From Mytilus edulis (lineage: Eukaryota), in contig NC_092350.1 in assembly GCF_963676685.1 (NCBI RefSeq), positions 10,602,001 through 10,666,000 of the forward strand: 64,000 nucleotides of DNA, written 5' to 3'. The notes beneath the pieces were generated by a model. The model made no database searches. It was not told the DNA's origin and saw only the letters and a program-made list of their open reading frames with translations. This document shows positions 54,301 through 63,063 of this stretch, piece by piece. Position 1 is the first letter of the stretch; each line of letters opens with the position of its first letter. Made by a program: the position numbers and the translations under genes.

Positions 54301-57300
54301 TTGTCGTTTGTAACCCTTCAAAGGCCAAGCCCTCATGCCCCCTCCCTTCCCTTAGTCGAGAATGACCAATAGCTATCACGAAGGTACCCATGTAGTTTTC
54401 TTGCTATTTTCGGTAATTGTTATGGGGGTTAAAAATCATGGGGAGCTTATTGTTCACGGACACTGTCAAATTCCCATTACCAGTATGACTGGTTGCAGCA
54501 ATGACAAAACGAGTCGTACGGGTTGTGTAAAAGGTTAAAAAGATTTGTAAAGCAAATGTTGTCAAATGAAAAGGTTTTTAATGACTTTATCTAGCAAATC
54601 GATGCAATGCAACATGCACCTTTCGAGTCTGAATAGAAACCGGAAACGCGGATCTATCAATTTGATTGTAAACTACGAAATGAATTCAGAATTACGATAC
54701 GATATTTCTTTACAGGAAATTTTAAAAGTTTTTGCTTTTTAACTTTTAAAGTAATTCTATATTATCGTTACAATACAGCAGTACTCGAGTTATTTTCAAT
54801 GAAATAATAATTACTGTTTTACGTCTTATTTTGTACTTCTTAAAAAAGGGATGCTGATTGCGTAAGTCAAAATAAAAGCATGTGTTGGACTTGTTAAACT
54901 TTGTAACTGGTTTATTAATTTATTTATTTAATCTGAATTATCATAAGCATTTGCGGAAACTTAGTTAAATTAATCGACAAATGAATCGTCTATCTATTCT
55001 CCTGTCTGGTTTGTTGATCTACCTGTACAAGCTGATCCAAGCTCAGGTACAAGTGATGAGCGATCTTAATCCGGATATCCCTCAGGCGTTAGAACTGTAT
55101 TGGATTATACTATAAAAAAAAAAAGCCTGAGGGTTATGCAAGTACATGCATTTAGTTATAATTGCTAACAAAATGGTGTCAGGCTATTAAAACGATCACA
55201 GTTTTGAACGATGGCGGAAGACAATTGAACGATGGCGCGAGTCATTTGACGATGGCGCAAGACATTTGAACGATGGCAGGGCGCCATCATTAAACAGGCC
55301 ATGGAGATCCTTGATATATGTTAGAAAGGGGTTTAGTGTTGTAAGTTTAGTAAAGTTAACAAGAACTTTACCAGATGGAGAATATAGTAAAAAAATAGGA
55401 TTGTTAATGGAAGCTCTAAAAACTAGGCCAAAAAGTAATTTTAGTGTTATTGATATAGAACTGTTATTTATTTTAACTTTTCATGTAACCCTTTACAACC
55501 TTTTTAACCGGATTTTTGTGACAAAAATGTCGGTTATTGATTTGGGGATTTACGGCGGGCGGCCGGGCGGGCGGGTGGGCGGTCGGGCAGTCGGGCGGCC
55601 GGGCGGGCGGGCGGCAATCAAATGTTGTCCGTGCATTAACTCATGAACCGTTCAACCAAAGCTTTTAAAATTTTAATATGTTGTTACTGACAACTAAATG
55701 AAGGTCAAGTTCAATAATGGAGAATTTGACTTTTACCGTTCAGGAGTTATGGTTCTTGAAAGATTGAAAAATGGAGTTGTCCGTGCATTTACGCATGAAC
55801 TGTTCTACCAAAGCTTCCCAAATTTTAATATGTTGTTACTAATGAAAGAATGGAGGTCAAGTTCAATAATGACGAATTTGACTTTTACCGTTCAGGAGTT
55901 ATGGTTCTTGAAAGATTGAAAAATGGAGTTTCCAGTCGTGTCCGTGCATTTATGCATGAACTGTTCTACCAAAGCTTCCGAAATTTTAATATGCTGTTAC
56001 TGATGACAAAATGGAGGTCAAGTTCAATAATGACGATTTTGACTTTTACCGTTCAGGAGTTATGGTTCTTGAAAGATTGAAAAATGGTTTTTCCCGTCGT
56101 GTCCATGCATTTTCTCATGAACCATTCAACCAAAGCTTTTGAAATTTTAATATGTTGTTACTGATGACAAAATAGAGGTCAAGTTCAATAATGACGATTT
56201 TGACTTTTACCGTTCAGGAGTTATGGTTCTTGAAAGATCATAAAATGGCGTTTCCATTCAGGTTGTTGCATTTACTCATGAACCATTCAATCTAAGCTTT
56301 TCAAATTTTAATATGTTGATACTGATGACAAAATGGAGGTCAAATTTGATATTGACGATTTTCACTTTCACCATTCATCAGTAATGGTTCTTGTGATATT
56401 GCCAGGACACAAATAAATGTTAATAAATCCGGTTTGCTGTCGTTGTGACAGCCTCTTGTTACAATATTTACCAGTATGAAATGGATTGTTATCAATCTAT
56501 CACAGAATCCATACTTTTTTGATGATCACAGTCCTATTGAATTACAGATTGCTTTACTGGACAGACTGGGGATCACCACCTAAAATAGAGAAAGCATATA
56601 TGGATGGTAGCAACAGGAAAATTATTATCAAAACAGATCTAGGTAGGTCTTCTCTACTGTCAAAAACATGCAATGTCATAAAAAAAAACACTTCAAAATT
56701 TCCAGAAACTTAATTTGCCTAATATAGCTGTATTTTAATGTGTTAGTTTTGATATTCCATGCTGATGGTAGAATTGAAAAAAAAAATTTAGTAGAATTTT
56801 CGCATCATATGGTCCAAGGACACAGTTATCGTCCTTTGGTTTTCGTTGTCAACGAATATAGTCCCTAGTGTAAACAGTGTATAACTTTTTTTTTTTTTTT
56901 TTTTTATTCAACAATATATTGCTTGCTGTTAACAATTTACTTCACTAGTCCAGCATTCTAGAGAAGGGTATCTTTGTTTTAACAAGAAATCCAGGATTTC
57001 TCTCTGTTTAACAATAAAACATTACAATTTATCTAATCTATGTTATAAATATTTCATTTTCAACCGTAAATAAATAAGTATATATATGAAATTTTAATTT
57101 ATCAATATGTGTATCTAGCTTGTTTGGAAAGAAAAAGTTTCCGGAAATAGTTCACACTTGCAGTTATCGATTTTATATTATTGTATTAATATCTCTTCCT
57201 GGTTTGGAAATTACCAGTTTAGAATAGTGATTTATGATTAATATAATTAGCAATTCACAGGTATGTATTAATGTTTCGATTCTGGAAAAAAAGATAGTAT

Positions 57301-60300
57301 GTAATATATATATAGTGTATAACTTGCATGTTTTATTTAATACACTTTCCCAATTTATTTCTTGATATTAAATGCTTGAAATATTAATTAGGGGGATGTA
57401 ATTACATGTTAAAAAAATTTGGGTGCTGAATCTTTATGTTAAGTAGTGATTTGGTCCAGTTGAAAAAGGTCAAATTTTATCACGTCTGAAGCTGTCAAAC
57501 TGAATTTTACACCCCCTTAACACAGAATTGTCAATATTTTGAGTAAGGGCTGGTAGAAGTTTCTATAATTTTGATATTATTTGTCTCACTGGTAGTACAC
57601 TACACTGTAAAAATCTTTTTGAGAAAGACCAGGTGCGATTTTTTTAATTTGAATTTATGGTCTAAAAGAAATGCACTACGAAATAACTGTGTTCTCGGGC
57701 CATATTTGTTCTTCATAAAAGTTGAAAATGAGAGCTCAAGGATAGTTTGAAACACCAAATCATAAAGAGATGCTCAACAAAACAATTGGAATTTTTGTTA
57801 ATGTCATGTAATCTTCATTAAAAAAATTTCACATTTTATTGATAAACAATACACTTGATATGTATTTGATATACCAACTTTAGTTAAGGCAGATATTTTC
57901 AAAATACTGCTATTTATTTCTTTCAGGTTTTCCCAATGGATTATCAGTAGATTTTAAGGCAAAAAGATTATACTGGGTTGATGCCAGACTTGATAAGATA
58001 GAGACTTCCGATCTGATGGGACAGAATCGTGTTACATTGATTAATCATGTCCCTCATCCATTTGGTCTTACAGTGGTGAGTAGATATTAGATAAGATAGA
58101 AACCACTAGAACACCTCACTTCCCCTATCCTCTTCATGTCGATTGGCATTTAAGGCCCTTAAAAGTCAAGTTCAGTTGCACAAAATCCTGCCATGTTGAT
58201 AAATTATGTCCCAACTCAATTTGATCTCATTAAACACTGATTAATTATGAAACTCATTATTTTAAAGTTCATGACTGATTTGACAGAAATGTTGTTTGTT
58301 GTACCAAGTACTGTAATGTCCCACAATAGTCTATTGCATACTGTCAGAAATATTTCAGTGATTTCTGACATTATACCTTGATTGTGACAAAATTGATTAC
58401 AAATATCAATGCACATGTTTTCTCAAGTTTATGTTTTTATTATGGAAAATAAAGCTTGAATTAAACACATGTTAAACTGTATATTCAGATATTAGCTGCA
58501 TTGTACATGTTGATATTATGTTCTAAGATTTTGCTTTCAATATATTTTGAAAATAAATATTTGTTATATTACAGTATGGACCTCATATTTACTGGACTGA
58601 TTGGCAGTCAGAGAAAATAGAAAGAGCTGATAAAACTACAGGAAAAGATCGTGCCGTCATACAGAGACATTTAGAGGGACTGATGGACATCGTAGTGGTG
58701 GCTAAAGATAGACAGAGTGGTCAGTTATATTTATTTCATACATTTAAAGGAGATTGCATATGCATGGTATTTAAATCTAATTGTACATATAATCTATTCA
58801 TACTATGTTGTCTTTTCTCTATCAACTTAATTTTTGGTATTTAAGTGTCATCCATTTCTTGAATTACATTAAAACATGCCCCTGCTTGGTACCAAATTTG
58901 TGAAACAATTTATTTGATCATTTTTTACAGGAACAAACTGGTGCAGTATAGGAAATGGTGGTTGTAGTCATCTATGTCTTGCTAGACCCAGGGGAAGATC
59001 ATGTGCCTGTCCTGATAAAACTACACAAGAACCTTGTCATACATGTAAGTTTTTGGATAGAAACTCTTATGAAATTAATTATACATGTCTCACTGAAAAT
59101 ATTTTATTTATTTTGGTTTTAAAGGAAGTTTGATCAATTTCTTTGTGCATTAAGGATTTATTAATTGAAATTAAAAGAAGAATTAAATTTCTGCTCATTA
59201 ATATATATTGTGTTTTATCCTGTTTGTTTGATTCCGTAATGGTTATTTACCACATGTCTTAGACTTTATATTCATATTGTAGATCCAGTAACAGACTCGG
59301 GAATGGAGAACCAAATTCCTGGATATAATGCTGCTGATGCTGATGAGTAAGTTATTTTATTATACCTTACATATATTACAAACAATTCTATTGGATAACA
59401 CATAATCACGTGACATGGAATAATTCAGATAATTTTCCATTCAATTGCAAGGGACGAACAACCCTTAAAATTTACACCAGTGGTAAATAACCCTATTATT
59501 CACCAACAAATAACATTTGAGTGTCTAGATTTGCACTCGAGTTATCTCCCATGAAAATGAAATAAACAAAACGGCAGCGTTCACGTTATACTGACAGCCA
59601 TAAAAAAATTATAGTCGGTGTTCAAAAGGACCTTCCACTGTTAGTTCAGTATAATAAAACAATTGTGGCCCCTTAGAATCGATGAATATCCAAAATTGTC
59701 AACTCTTTAAAGTTAAAAGCTGCACCCTCATTGAAATAACCTTCTTTGTGTTGACAATTTTAGATATTCACCTTTTCAACGGACCATAATTGTAAATTGT
59801 TTGTATATGTCCTTCCTGTTTTAATTATGAAAATAATAAGAAGAATAGGATGAGGTATGACTGCCAATGTGACAACTCTCAACCAGAGACCAAATGACAT
59901 AGAAGTCAATGACAAACTCATACTGCATAGTCAGCTTTAAAATGCCCCAATAAACAAATGTAAAACAATTCAAACGAGAAAACAAACAACTTGATGCAGA
60001 GCTGAGAGTACTCTAGTTCAAATCAAAATACATCTTATTGAAAAATCATGTATCTAATATAAAAAAAGAAGATGTGGTATGATTGCCAATGAGACAACTT
60101 TCCACAAGAGACCAAAATGACACAGACATTAACAACTATAGGTCACCGTACAGCCTTCAACAATGAGCAAATCCCATACTGCATAGTCAGCTATAAAAGG
60201 CCCCTATATGACAATTCAAACGAGAAAACTAACAACCTTATGTAACTGATGAAACCTATTTAAAATGATTATGGTTATCAATTCCAAATGATGGATATTA

Positions 60301-63063
60301 AAAATAAAAGCATTAAGAATATTTGATATTAAACATGATGTGGTTATTATAGGTGTACAGATGAAGACGAGAAAGATGGAATTTGTGAGAAACCGAAGAG
60401 TGTTCCACAAGCTGGTAAATATCAGTTTTATGTCGGTAGGAAGATTTTGTTCAAAATTCTTATCTAAATGTCTTTATCTTGATTTAGTGATACAGTGAAA
60501 TCTACAAATTTTACTAACATTTGATAGAAAGCATAATATTTATTCTGGGTAAGAATAAATGATGGAAAAACAGATGGCATCAAATGGAATTAATTACACC
60601 TTGGTGTGATCCAGTAGTGATGTCACCAGTGGCATCAAATGGAATTAATTACACCTTGGTGTGATCCAGTAGTGATGTCACTAGTGGCATCAAATGGACT
60701 TAATTACACCTTGGTGTGATCCAGTAGTGATGTCACCAGTGGCATCAAATGGAATTAATTACACCTTGGTGTGATCCAGTAGTGATGTCACTAGTGGCAT
60801 CAAATGGAATTAATTACACATTGGTGTGATCCAGTAGTGATGTCACCAGTGGCATCAAATGGAATTAATTACACCTTGGTGTGATCCAGTAGTGATGTCA
60901 CCAGTGGCATCAAATGGAATTAATTACACCTTGGTGTGATCCAGTAGTGATGTCACCAGTGGCAAACTATAGAAGCTGAATGACCATGAAATCACATAGA
61001 ATGTAGTCAATAATGCTTTTTAAACATCTAGTTATAAATTTGTCTTGAATATTCACCGCTGGATGTTCAGCAAGTAACAGACAATAAAAATAACTACATA
61101 TATATTTATTTTTTACAGCAACTTCTTTAGGAGGAAAAGAAACTGCCATGATAGCTTTGTCTGTTGGAATTGTAGTTATTGTAGCCTTATTAGTGTTTGT
61201 TGTTTGGAGAGTTAAAAAGAGGTATGGTCAAAAACTTTTTGCCTTTGATTAAAAAAAACCAAGTTAAAGTATAAGAATCAAATAAAAGTGCTTATGTTGT
61301 AAAACACACATACTGTGTTATGCAGATCTGACAGCCATTACTGTTTTTGTGGTTAGAAGTTCTATTTTATGTTGAAATACTTCATCAAATTAGTCTTCCC
61401 ACCAGTTGTTCATGATATCATATCTTGATTCTAAGATGCAGGAAAAACACAGGCTTATTCGGCATCATGAATGATATTGCGACAGTTTCATTCGCTATTT
61501 GTAAGGTCATTAAAGTTTCAGACCATGAACATTTCCTCAATATGTAATTTCTTCTAGAATATACACTTTTCACCTGAAAATATTTTCTTCAAATTTTATC
61601 ACATTCTGATTTCTGAAATGTTCAAAAAGTTTTATTGTGTTTGATGTTAAAGTTTAATGCTGGAACAAGATATATGATGTCATACAGGATAATAGTTACT
61701 GACTGTTTGAGACACTCATGGATAGTCAAGGTTGTTTATCTCCCCCATAGTAGCAGGATAATAGTATTTTTCTATTTTGCAAAGGTACACAGTATGAAAG
61801 TGCACTGTGTACCAATTAACATTAAAAGTAAATTGATTAACAAAACAAATTAAAAATACATTGTGAGAACACATTAAGTAAATTCAGGGAATTCAGTGAA
61901 CCACAAACATTTAAAATGTGTACTCTGTGAAATAATTGTACTATTAGTCACATTAATTATCCTCATACAACAAATTTGTTTATGATACATGTATATGTTG
62001 TAGAAGAAGACAAGCATTCCTAACAGAATCAGATGAGTTTGTACGTCTGACATTTTCCAATCCTAATTACCAGAAAACAAGTACAGAAACCATTAACCTA
62101 GATAGGTCTTCATCTGCTGACTCTCAAGAATGGAAAATATTTAGATATAGTAAAAAAGATGTAAGTATATCAGATCTTATGAATTAAGTCAGCAACCTAA
62201 CAATTAACAGCAGTTAAAAACAAACATTTAAAAAAGTTTTAAAAGATTTGTGATAATAAAACAAAAGATTGCAACAGTACAAACAAAGGATATCAGGATT
62301 TACCAATAACTATTGGACAGTACAACAAACCACTCTTATCTTCCCGCAAAGAAATAGACCTGTGTAAAACAACAAATGGTCAAGATAGCCTGACTTGGTA
62401 TAGGAACAACTTTTGTAATACATAAATTTTACAAAACAGTTATCTTTCCATTGGTACAGTTAAATGCCATGAAGTCATGCCTATTATATAATGTTGTATT
62501 CAACACTAACAAAAATATAAATATTTCATTATTTTATAAGTCAACAACCATGTAAGGACAGCATATAAAACTTGATAGTGAGACTTGGGTTAGTGATAGA
62601 ATACTCGTTTTTTCAATTTGAAAATTTTATAGGGTTTGTATTTCCAGAGTTATAAGACTTTTAATAGTCACGTTTTAATCAATATTTATTTGCCCAAGTA
62701 TATTGTTATGTAAGTTTTTCTACAAAGCCCTTTTACGAATTTTCAATTAGATGCCTTCTTAATATATCAGTTTATGCTCACAACATTTTCAATGTGGGGG
62801 AAAAGGGTGTACCATTTCGTCTTTATTCAGCTTCTTAAATAATGCCTATTATTTTACAGCAACAAGTTTCAATTTTAAAACCTTCAAGAGAGGCAAAGAC
62901 GAGGGGTTCTGAGCGTGCTGCCTTAGTACAACAAATGGACTCTGGTGCTGTGTCTCCTTCACTGCCGAGTCGAGAGAGACAGAGTAAATTATTTAAAGAC
63001 AGAACTTCTAATAAGGAGAAAGATGTTATCTCTAAAGTTCCTTACAAGCCTGTTAAAACATGA
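3344..63063 (+). CDS. LRP4: Low-density lipoprotein receptor-related protein 4-like, whole 40-exon gene model (about 2147 aa)
   Basis: Manual splice gives 6444 nt, a multiple of 3, with all GT-AG introns in phase. LRP4-like segments: 8-Cys first LDLa, [52 protein letters not shown], cytoplasmic [13 protein letters not shown]. Confidence 0.9.
5201..5863. mobile_element. 663-bp MITE copy A, PIF/Harbinger-like
   Basis: TIR GGTAGCACTCCACAGTTAG / CTAACTGTGGAGTGCTACC; TWA flanks. Confidence 0.85.
6608..7270. mobile_element. 663-bp MITE copy B
   Basis: Same TIRs and orientation; about 5 substitutions versus copy A by eye; TAA on both sides. Confidence 0.85.
7641..8384 (-). mobile_element. Non-autonomous Helitron
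   Basis: Minus strand A|TCTATAATACT...imperfect hairpin ACCTGCATTATCACGGGT...CTAG|T, no TSD, in a (TA)n tract; internal duplication (about 7793-7990 vs 8208-8380). Confidence 0.75.
9573..10390. mobile_element. TTAA-targeting non-autonomous DNA transposon, piggyBac-like
   Basis: TTAA on both sides; imperfect TIR CTCATTCGCCCCCAA / TTGGGGGTTAAAGGG. Confidence 0.65.
10840..10990. mobile_element. Short GC-rich MITE (CAGGGGCGGATCCAG ends)
   Basis: Imperfect TIR CAGGGGCGGATCCAG / CTGGATTCACCACCG, TGTATA duplicated; relatives at 8961 (partial) and 12791-12924. Confidence 0.65.
17102..17248 (+). CDS. LRP4: LRP4-like exon 2, LDLa1
   Basis: [37 protein letters not shown]; ag/gt flanks. Confidence 0.92.
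22180..24398. repeat. 41-bp minisatellite (roughly 48 units) in LRP4 intron 2
   Basis: Unit GATCCATCCTTAYGACTTATCCACTTTGAGGTCTCCTTTCT; degenerate at the left end. Confidence 0.95.
24174..24356. mobile_element. MITE with TA TSD, Tc1/mariner-like
   Basis: TA|CTGTAAAC...GTTTACAG|TA interrupting a minisatellite unit; related TACTGT-ended elements at about 16521, 29968-30178, 34286-34441 and 39846-40054. Confidence 0.7.
26431..26816 (+). mobile_element. Dispersed SINE/LINE-tail-like repeat family 1
   Basis: Shared 3' end ...GTTGTCTCTTTG.CACATTCCCATTTCCATTCTCAATTTTAT; truncated copies at 33501-33733 (-), 46902-47075 (+), about 38466-38562 and 41140-41245. Confidence 0.65.
27981..28094 (+). CDS. 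LRP4: LRP4-like exon 3, LDLa2
   Basis: [35 protein letters not shown]. Confidence 0.93.
28077..28581 (+). repeat. 37-bp tandem repeat spanning the exon 3 donor (about 13 units)
   Basis: Unit GTGATGAACTCAGTTGTC|GTAAGTTACTGTTACTATA. Confidence 0.93.
28960..29076 (+). CDS. LRP4: LRP4-like exon 4, LDLa3
   Basis: [35 protein letters not shown]. Confidence 0.92.
29560..29676 (+). CDS. LRP4: LRP4-like exon 5, LDLa4
   Basis: [36 protein letters not shown]. Confidence 0.92.
30222..30855. repeat. 53-bp tandem repeat (about 12 units)
   Basis: Unit TTCCTTATCACATGGCAAAATCTAAAGCTCAAACACATCAAACAAATGGAAAG. Confidence 0.93.
31084..31209 (+). CDS. LRP4: LRP4-like exon 6, LDLa5
   Basis: [36 protein letters not shown]. 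Confidence 0.9.
31785..31910 (+). CDS. LRP4: LRP4-like exon 7, LDLa6
   Basis: [35 protein letters not shown]. Confidence 0.92.
32292..32408 (+). CDS. LRP4: LRP4-like exon 8, LDLa7
   Basis: [35 protein letters not shown]. Confidence 0.92.
32946..33074 (+). CDS. LRP4: LRP4-like exon 9, LDLa8
   Basis: [35 protein letters not shown]. Confidence 0.92.
34753..34950 (+). CDS. LRP4: LRP4-like exon 10, extra YWTD propeller part 1
   Basis: [17 protein letters not shown]...[18 protein letters not shown]...AYLDGS. Confidence 0.9.
35403..35595 (+). CDS. LRP4: LRP4-like exon 11, extra propeller part 2
   Basis: [19 protein letters not shown]...[13 protein letters not shown]; AAG acceptor. Confidence 0.88.
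36014..36264 (+). CDS. LRP4: LRP4-like exon 12, extra propeller part 3
   Basis: [16 protein letters not shown]...QWPNGLALD...LYWGDA...PHLFGLSLL. Confidence 0.92.
37094..37246 (+). CDS. LRP4: LRP4-like exon 13, extra propeller part 4
   Basis: [23 protein letters not shown]...FMDVKAI. Confidence 0.9.
37545..37667 (+). CDS. LRP4: LRP4-like exon 14, LDLa9
   Basis: [35 protein letters not shown]. Confidence 0.92.
38060..38311 (+). CDS. LRP4: LRP4-like exon 15, EGF + calcium-binding EGF
   Basis: [12 protein letters not shown]...[28 protein letters not shown]...DGRGCKA; an in-frame alternative acceptor lies 9 nt downstream. Confidence 0.9.
38961..39191 (+). CDS. LRP4: LRP4-like exon 16, propeller 1
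   Basis: [20 protein letters not shown]...NAIALDFH...VFWSDV...GLESP. Confidence 0.93.
39180..39283 (+). repeat. 26-bp tandem repeat spanning the exon 16 donor (4 units)
   Basis: Unit TAGAAAGTCCTG|GTAAGTTATAATGA. Confidence 0.88.
39659..39815 (+). CDS. LRP4: LRP4-like exon 17, propeller 1
   Basis: [17 protein letters not shown]...[12 protein letters not shown]. Confidence 0.93.
40383..40600 (+). CDS. LRP4: LRP4-like exon 18, propeller 1
   Basis: [13 protein letters not shown]...[11 protein letters not shown]...[19 protein letters not shown]. Confidence 0.93.
40596..41137 (+). repeat. 41-bp tandem repeat spanning the exon 18 donor (about 13 units)
   Basis: Unit TAAAG|GTDAGAATTTATAGATACCAAGGGGGCTCTACTTTA. 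Confidence 0.93.
41575..41751 (+). CDS. LRP4: LRP4-like exon 19, propeller 1 end
   Basis: [32 protein letters not shown]...[13 protein letters not shown]. Confidence 0.93.
42664..42998 (+). CDS. LRP4: LRP4-like exon 20, EGF + propeller 2 start
   Basis: [14 protein letters not shown]...CAC...IYWTDTD. Confidence 0.93.
43278..43465 (+). CDS. LRP4: LRP4-like exon 21, propeller 2
   Basis: [20 protein letters not shown]...[13 protein letters not shown]. Confidence 0.92.
43602..45645 (+). mobile_element. Helentron/HINE (DINE-1-like) non-autonomous element with internal satellites
   Basis: Subterminal IR TTATACGACCGCA / TGCGGTCGTATAA, (GTC)n microsatellite, internal repeats of about 155, 240 and 33 bp. 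Confidence 0.72.
45945..46146 (+). CDS. LRP4: LRP4-like exon 22, propeller 2
   Basis: [20 protein letters not shown]...TWPNGLALD...LYWTDG. Confidence 0.93.
46570..46759 (+). CDS. LRP4: LRP4-like exon 23, propeller 2 end
   Basis: [19 protein letters not shown]...VMDIKMF. Confidence 0.91.
47164..47569. mobile_element. MITE with internal 110-bp tandem triplication
   Basis: Imperfect TIR GAGCTGTTCTATAAACA..CCCAGGGAAG.CACTT / AAGTGCCTTCCCTGGG..TGTTTAAAGAAACAGCCC; unit period 47341 to 47451. Confidence 0.7.
47999..48124 (+). CDS. LRP4: LRP4-like exon 24, EGF
   Basis: [16 protein letters not shown]...CVCPTG...DGRTC. Confidence 0.93.
48745..48882 (+). CDS. LRP4: LRP4-like exon 25, propeller 3
   Basis: [27 protein letters not shown]...NAIAIGVD. 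Confidence 0.93.
49383..49641 (+). CDS. LRP4: LRP4-like exon 26, propeller 3
   Basis: LYWTD...[18 protein letters not shown]...[13 protein letters not shown]. Confidence 0.93.
50141..50526 (+). CDS. LRP4: LRP4-like exon 27, propeller 3
   Basis: YMYWTDWG...NLGWPNG...HPYGLT...IYWTDWQ...[10 protein letters not shown]. Confidence 0.93.
51040..51177 (+). CDS. LRP4: LRP4-like exon 28, EGF
   Basis: [16 protein letters not shown]...CSCPTGLQL...GKTC. Confidence 0.92.
51614..52440 (+). mobile_element. Helentron/HINE-like element
   Basis: Subterminal IR TGTCTCGCCTT / AAGGCGAGACA, GGTGA(C/T)-type microsatellite, internal repeats of about 170 bp; 3' fragment also at about 49100-49190. Confidence 0.68.
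52747..52924 (+). CDS. LRP4: LRP4-like exon 29, propeller 4
   Basis: [17 protein letters not shown]...NVISLDYD...[11 protein letters not shown]. Confidence 0.93.
53453..53565 (+). CDS. LRP4: LRP4-like exon 30, propeller 4
   Basis: RANLDG...[19 protein letters not shown]. Confidence 0.92.
53907..54012 (+). CDS. LRP4: LRP4-like exon 31, propeller 4
   Basis: RDVIEVS...[13 protein letters not shown]. Confidence 0.92.
54092..55313. mobile_element. Non-autonomous DNA transposon with hAT-like ends
   Basis: TIR CAGGGATCTCCATGG / CCATGGAGATCCTTG, ATATAT flanks, subterminal TTGAACGATGGC-type repeats. Confidence 0.75.
55501..56460 (+). mobile_element. Helentron/HINE-like element
   Basis: Subterminal IR AACCGGATTT / AAATCCGGTT, (GGGC)n microsatellite, about five 160-bp internal repeats, 3' hairpin GCTGTC..GACAGC, T-rich ends. 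Confidence 0.75.
56548..56642 (+). CDS. LRP4: LRP4-like exon 32, propeller 4
   Basis: [31 protein letters not shown]. Confidence 0.92.
57927..58075 (+). CDS. LRP4: LRP4-like exon 33, propeller 4
   Basis: FPNGLSVD...[12 protein letters not shown]...PHPFGLTV. Confidence 0.92.
58575..58719 (+). CDS. LRP4: LRP4-like exon 34, propeller 4 end
   Basis: [19 protein letters not shown]...[16 protein letters not shown]. Confidence 0.92.
58931..59044 (+). CDS. LRP4: LRP4-like exon 35, last EGF
   Basis: [19 protein letters not shown]...CACPD...PC. Confidence 0.92.
59283..59346 (+). CDS. LRP4: LRP4-like exon 36, stalk
   Basis: Open 64-nt exon [20 protein letters not shown] with tag/gtaagt and the required phases 1 and 2. 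Confidence 0.75.
60061..60238 (-). mobile_element. Dispersed SINE/LINE-tail-like repeat family 2
   Basis: AAGAAGATGTGGTATGATTGCCAATGAGACAAC... recurs at about 15870, 21085, 34490, 39400, 39472 and 59848. Confidence 0.65.
60353..60414 (+). CDS. LRP4: LRP4-like exon 37, juxtamembrane Cys loop
   Basis: [20 protein letters not shown]; phases 2 and 1 fit the neighbours. Confidence 0.78.
60575..60964. repeat. 55-bp tandem repeat (7 units) upstream of the TM exon
   Basis: Unit TGGCATCAAATGGAATTAATTACACCTTGGTGTGATCCAGTAGTGATGTCACYAG. Confidence 0.95.
61119..61221 (+). CDS. LRP4: LRP4-like exon 38, transmembrane helix
   Basis: [21 protein letters not shown] followed by basic stop-transfer RVKKR. 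Confidence 0.9.
62004..62160 (+). CDS. LRP4: LRP4-like exon 39, cytoplasmic NPxY
   Basis: [16 protein letters not shown]; tandem TAG-AAG-AAG acceptor leaves the start uncertain by 3-6 nt. Confidence 0.88.
62860..63063 (+). CDS. LRP4: LRP4-like exon 40, C-terminus
   Basis: ttttacag acceptor, phase 0, open frame to PYKPVKT-TGA, followed by T-rich 3'UTR-like sequence. Confidence 0.8.
   Translation, partial: QQVSILKPSREAKTRGSERAALVQQMDSGAVSPSLPSRERQSKLFKDRTSNKEKDVISKVPYKPVKT

Noticed and set aside
55266-56080. ORFs of 126, 73 and 76 aa, including a Gly/Arg-rich stretch
   Set aside because: They arise from the (GGGC)n microsatellite and internal repeats of a non-autonomous element; no transposase motifs.
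34753-63063. Splitting the locus into two genes, or calling it LRP5/6, LRP1/2 or a vitellogenin receptor
   Set aside because: All exons join in phase with one signal peptide and one TM. LDLa repeats are N-terminal, there are no PPPSP motifs, and propeller and tail sequences resemble LRP4.
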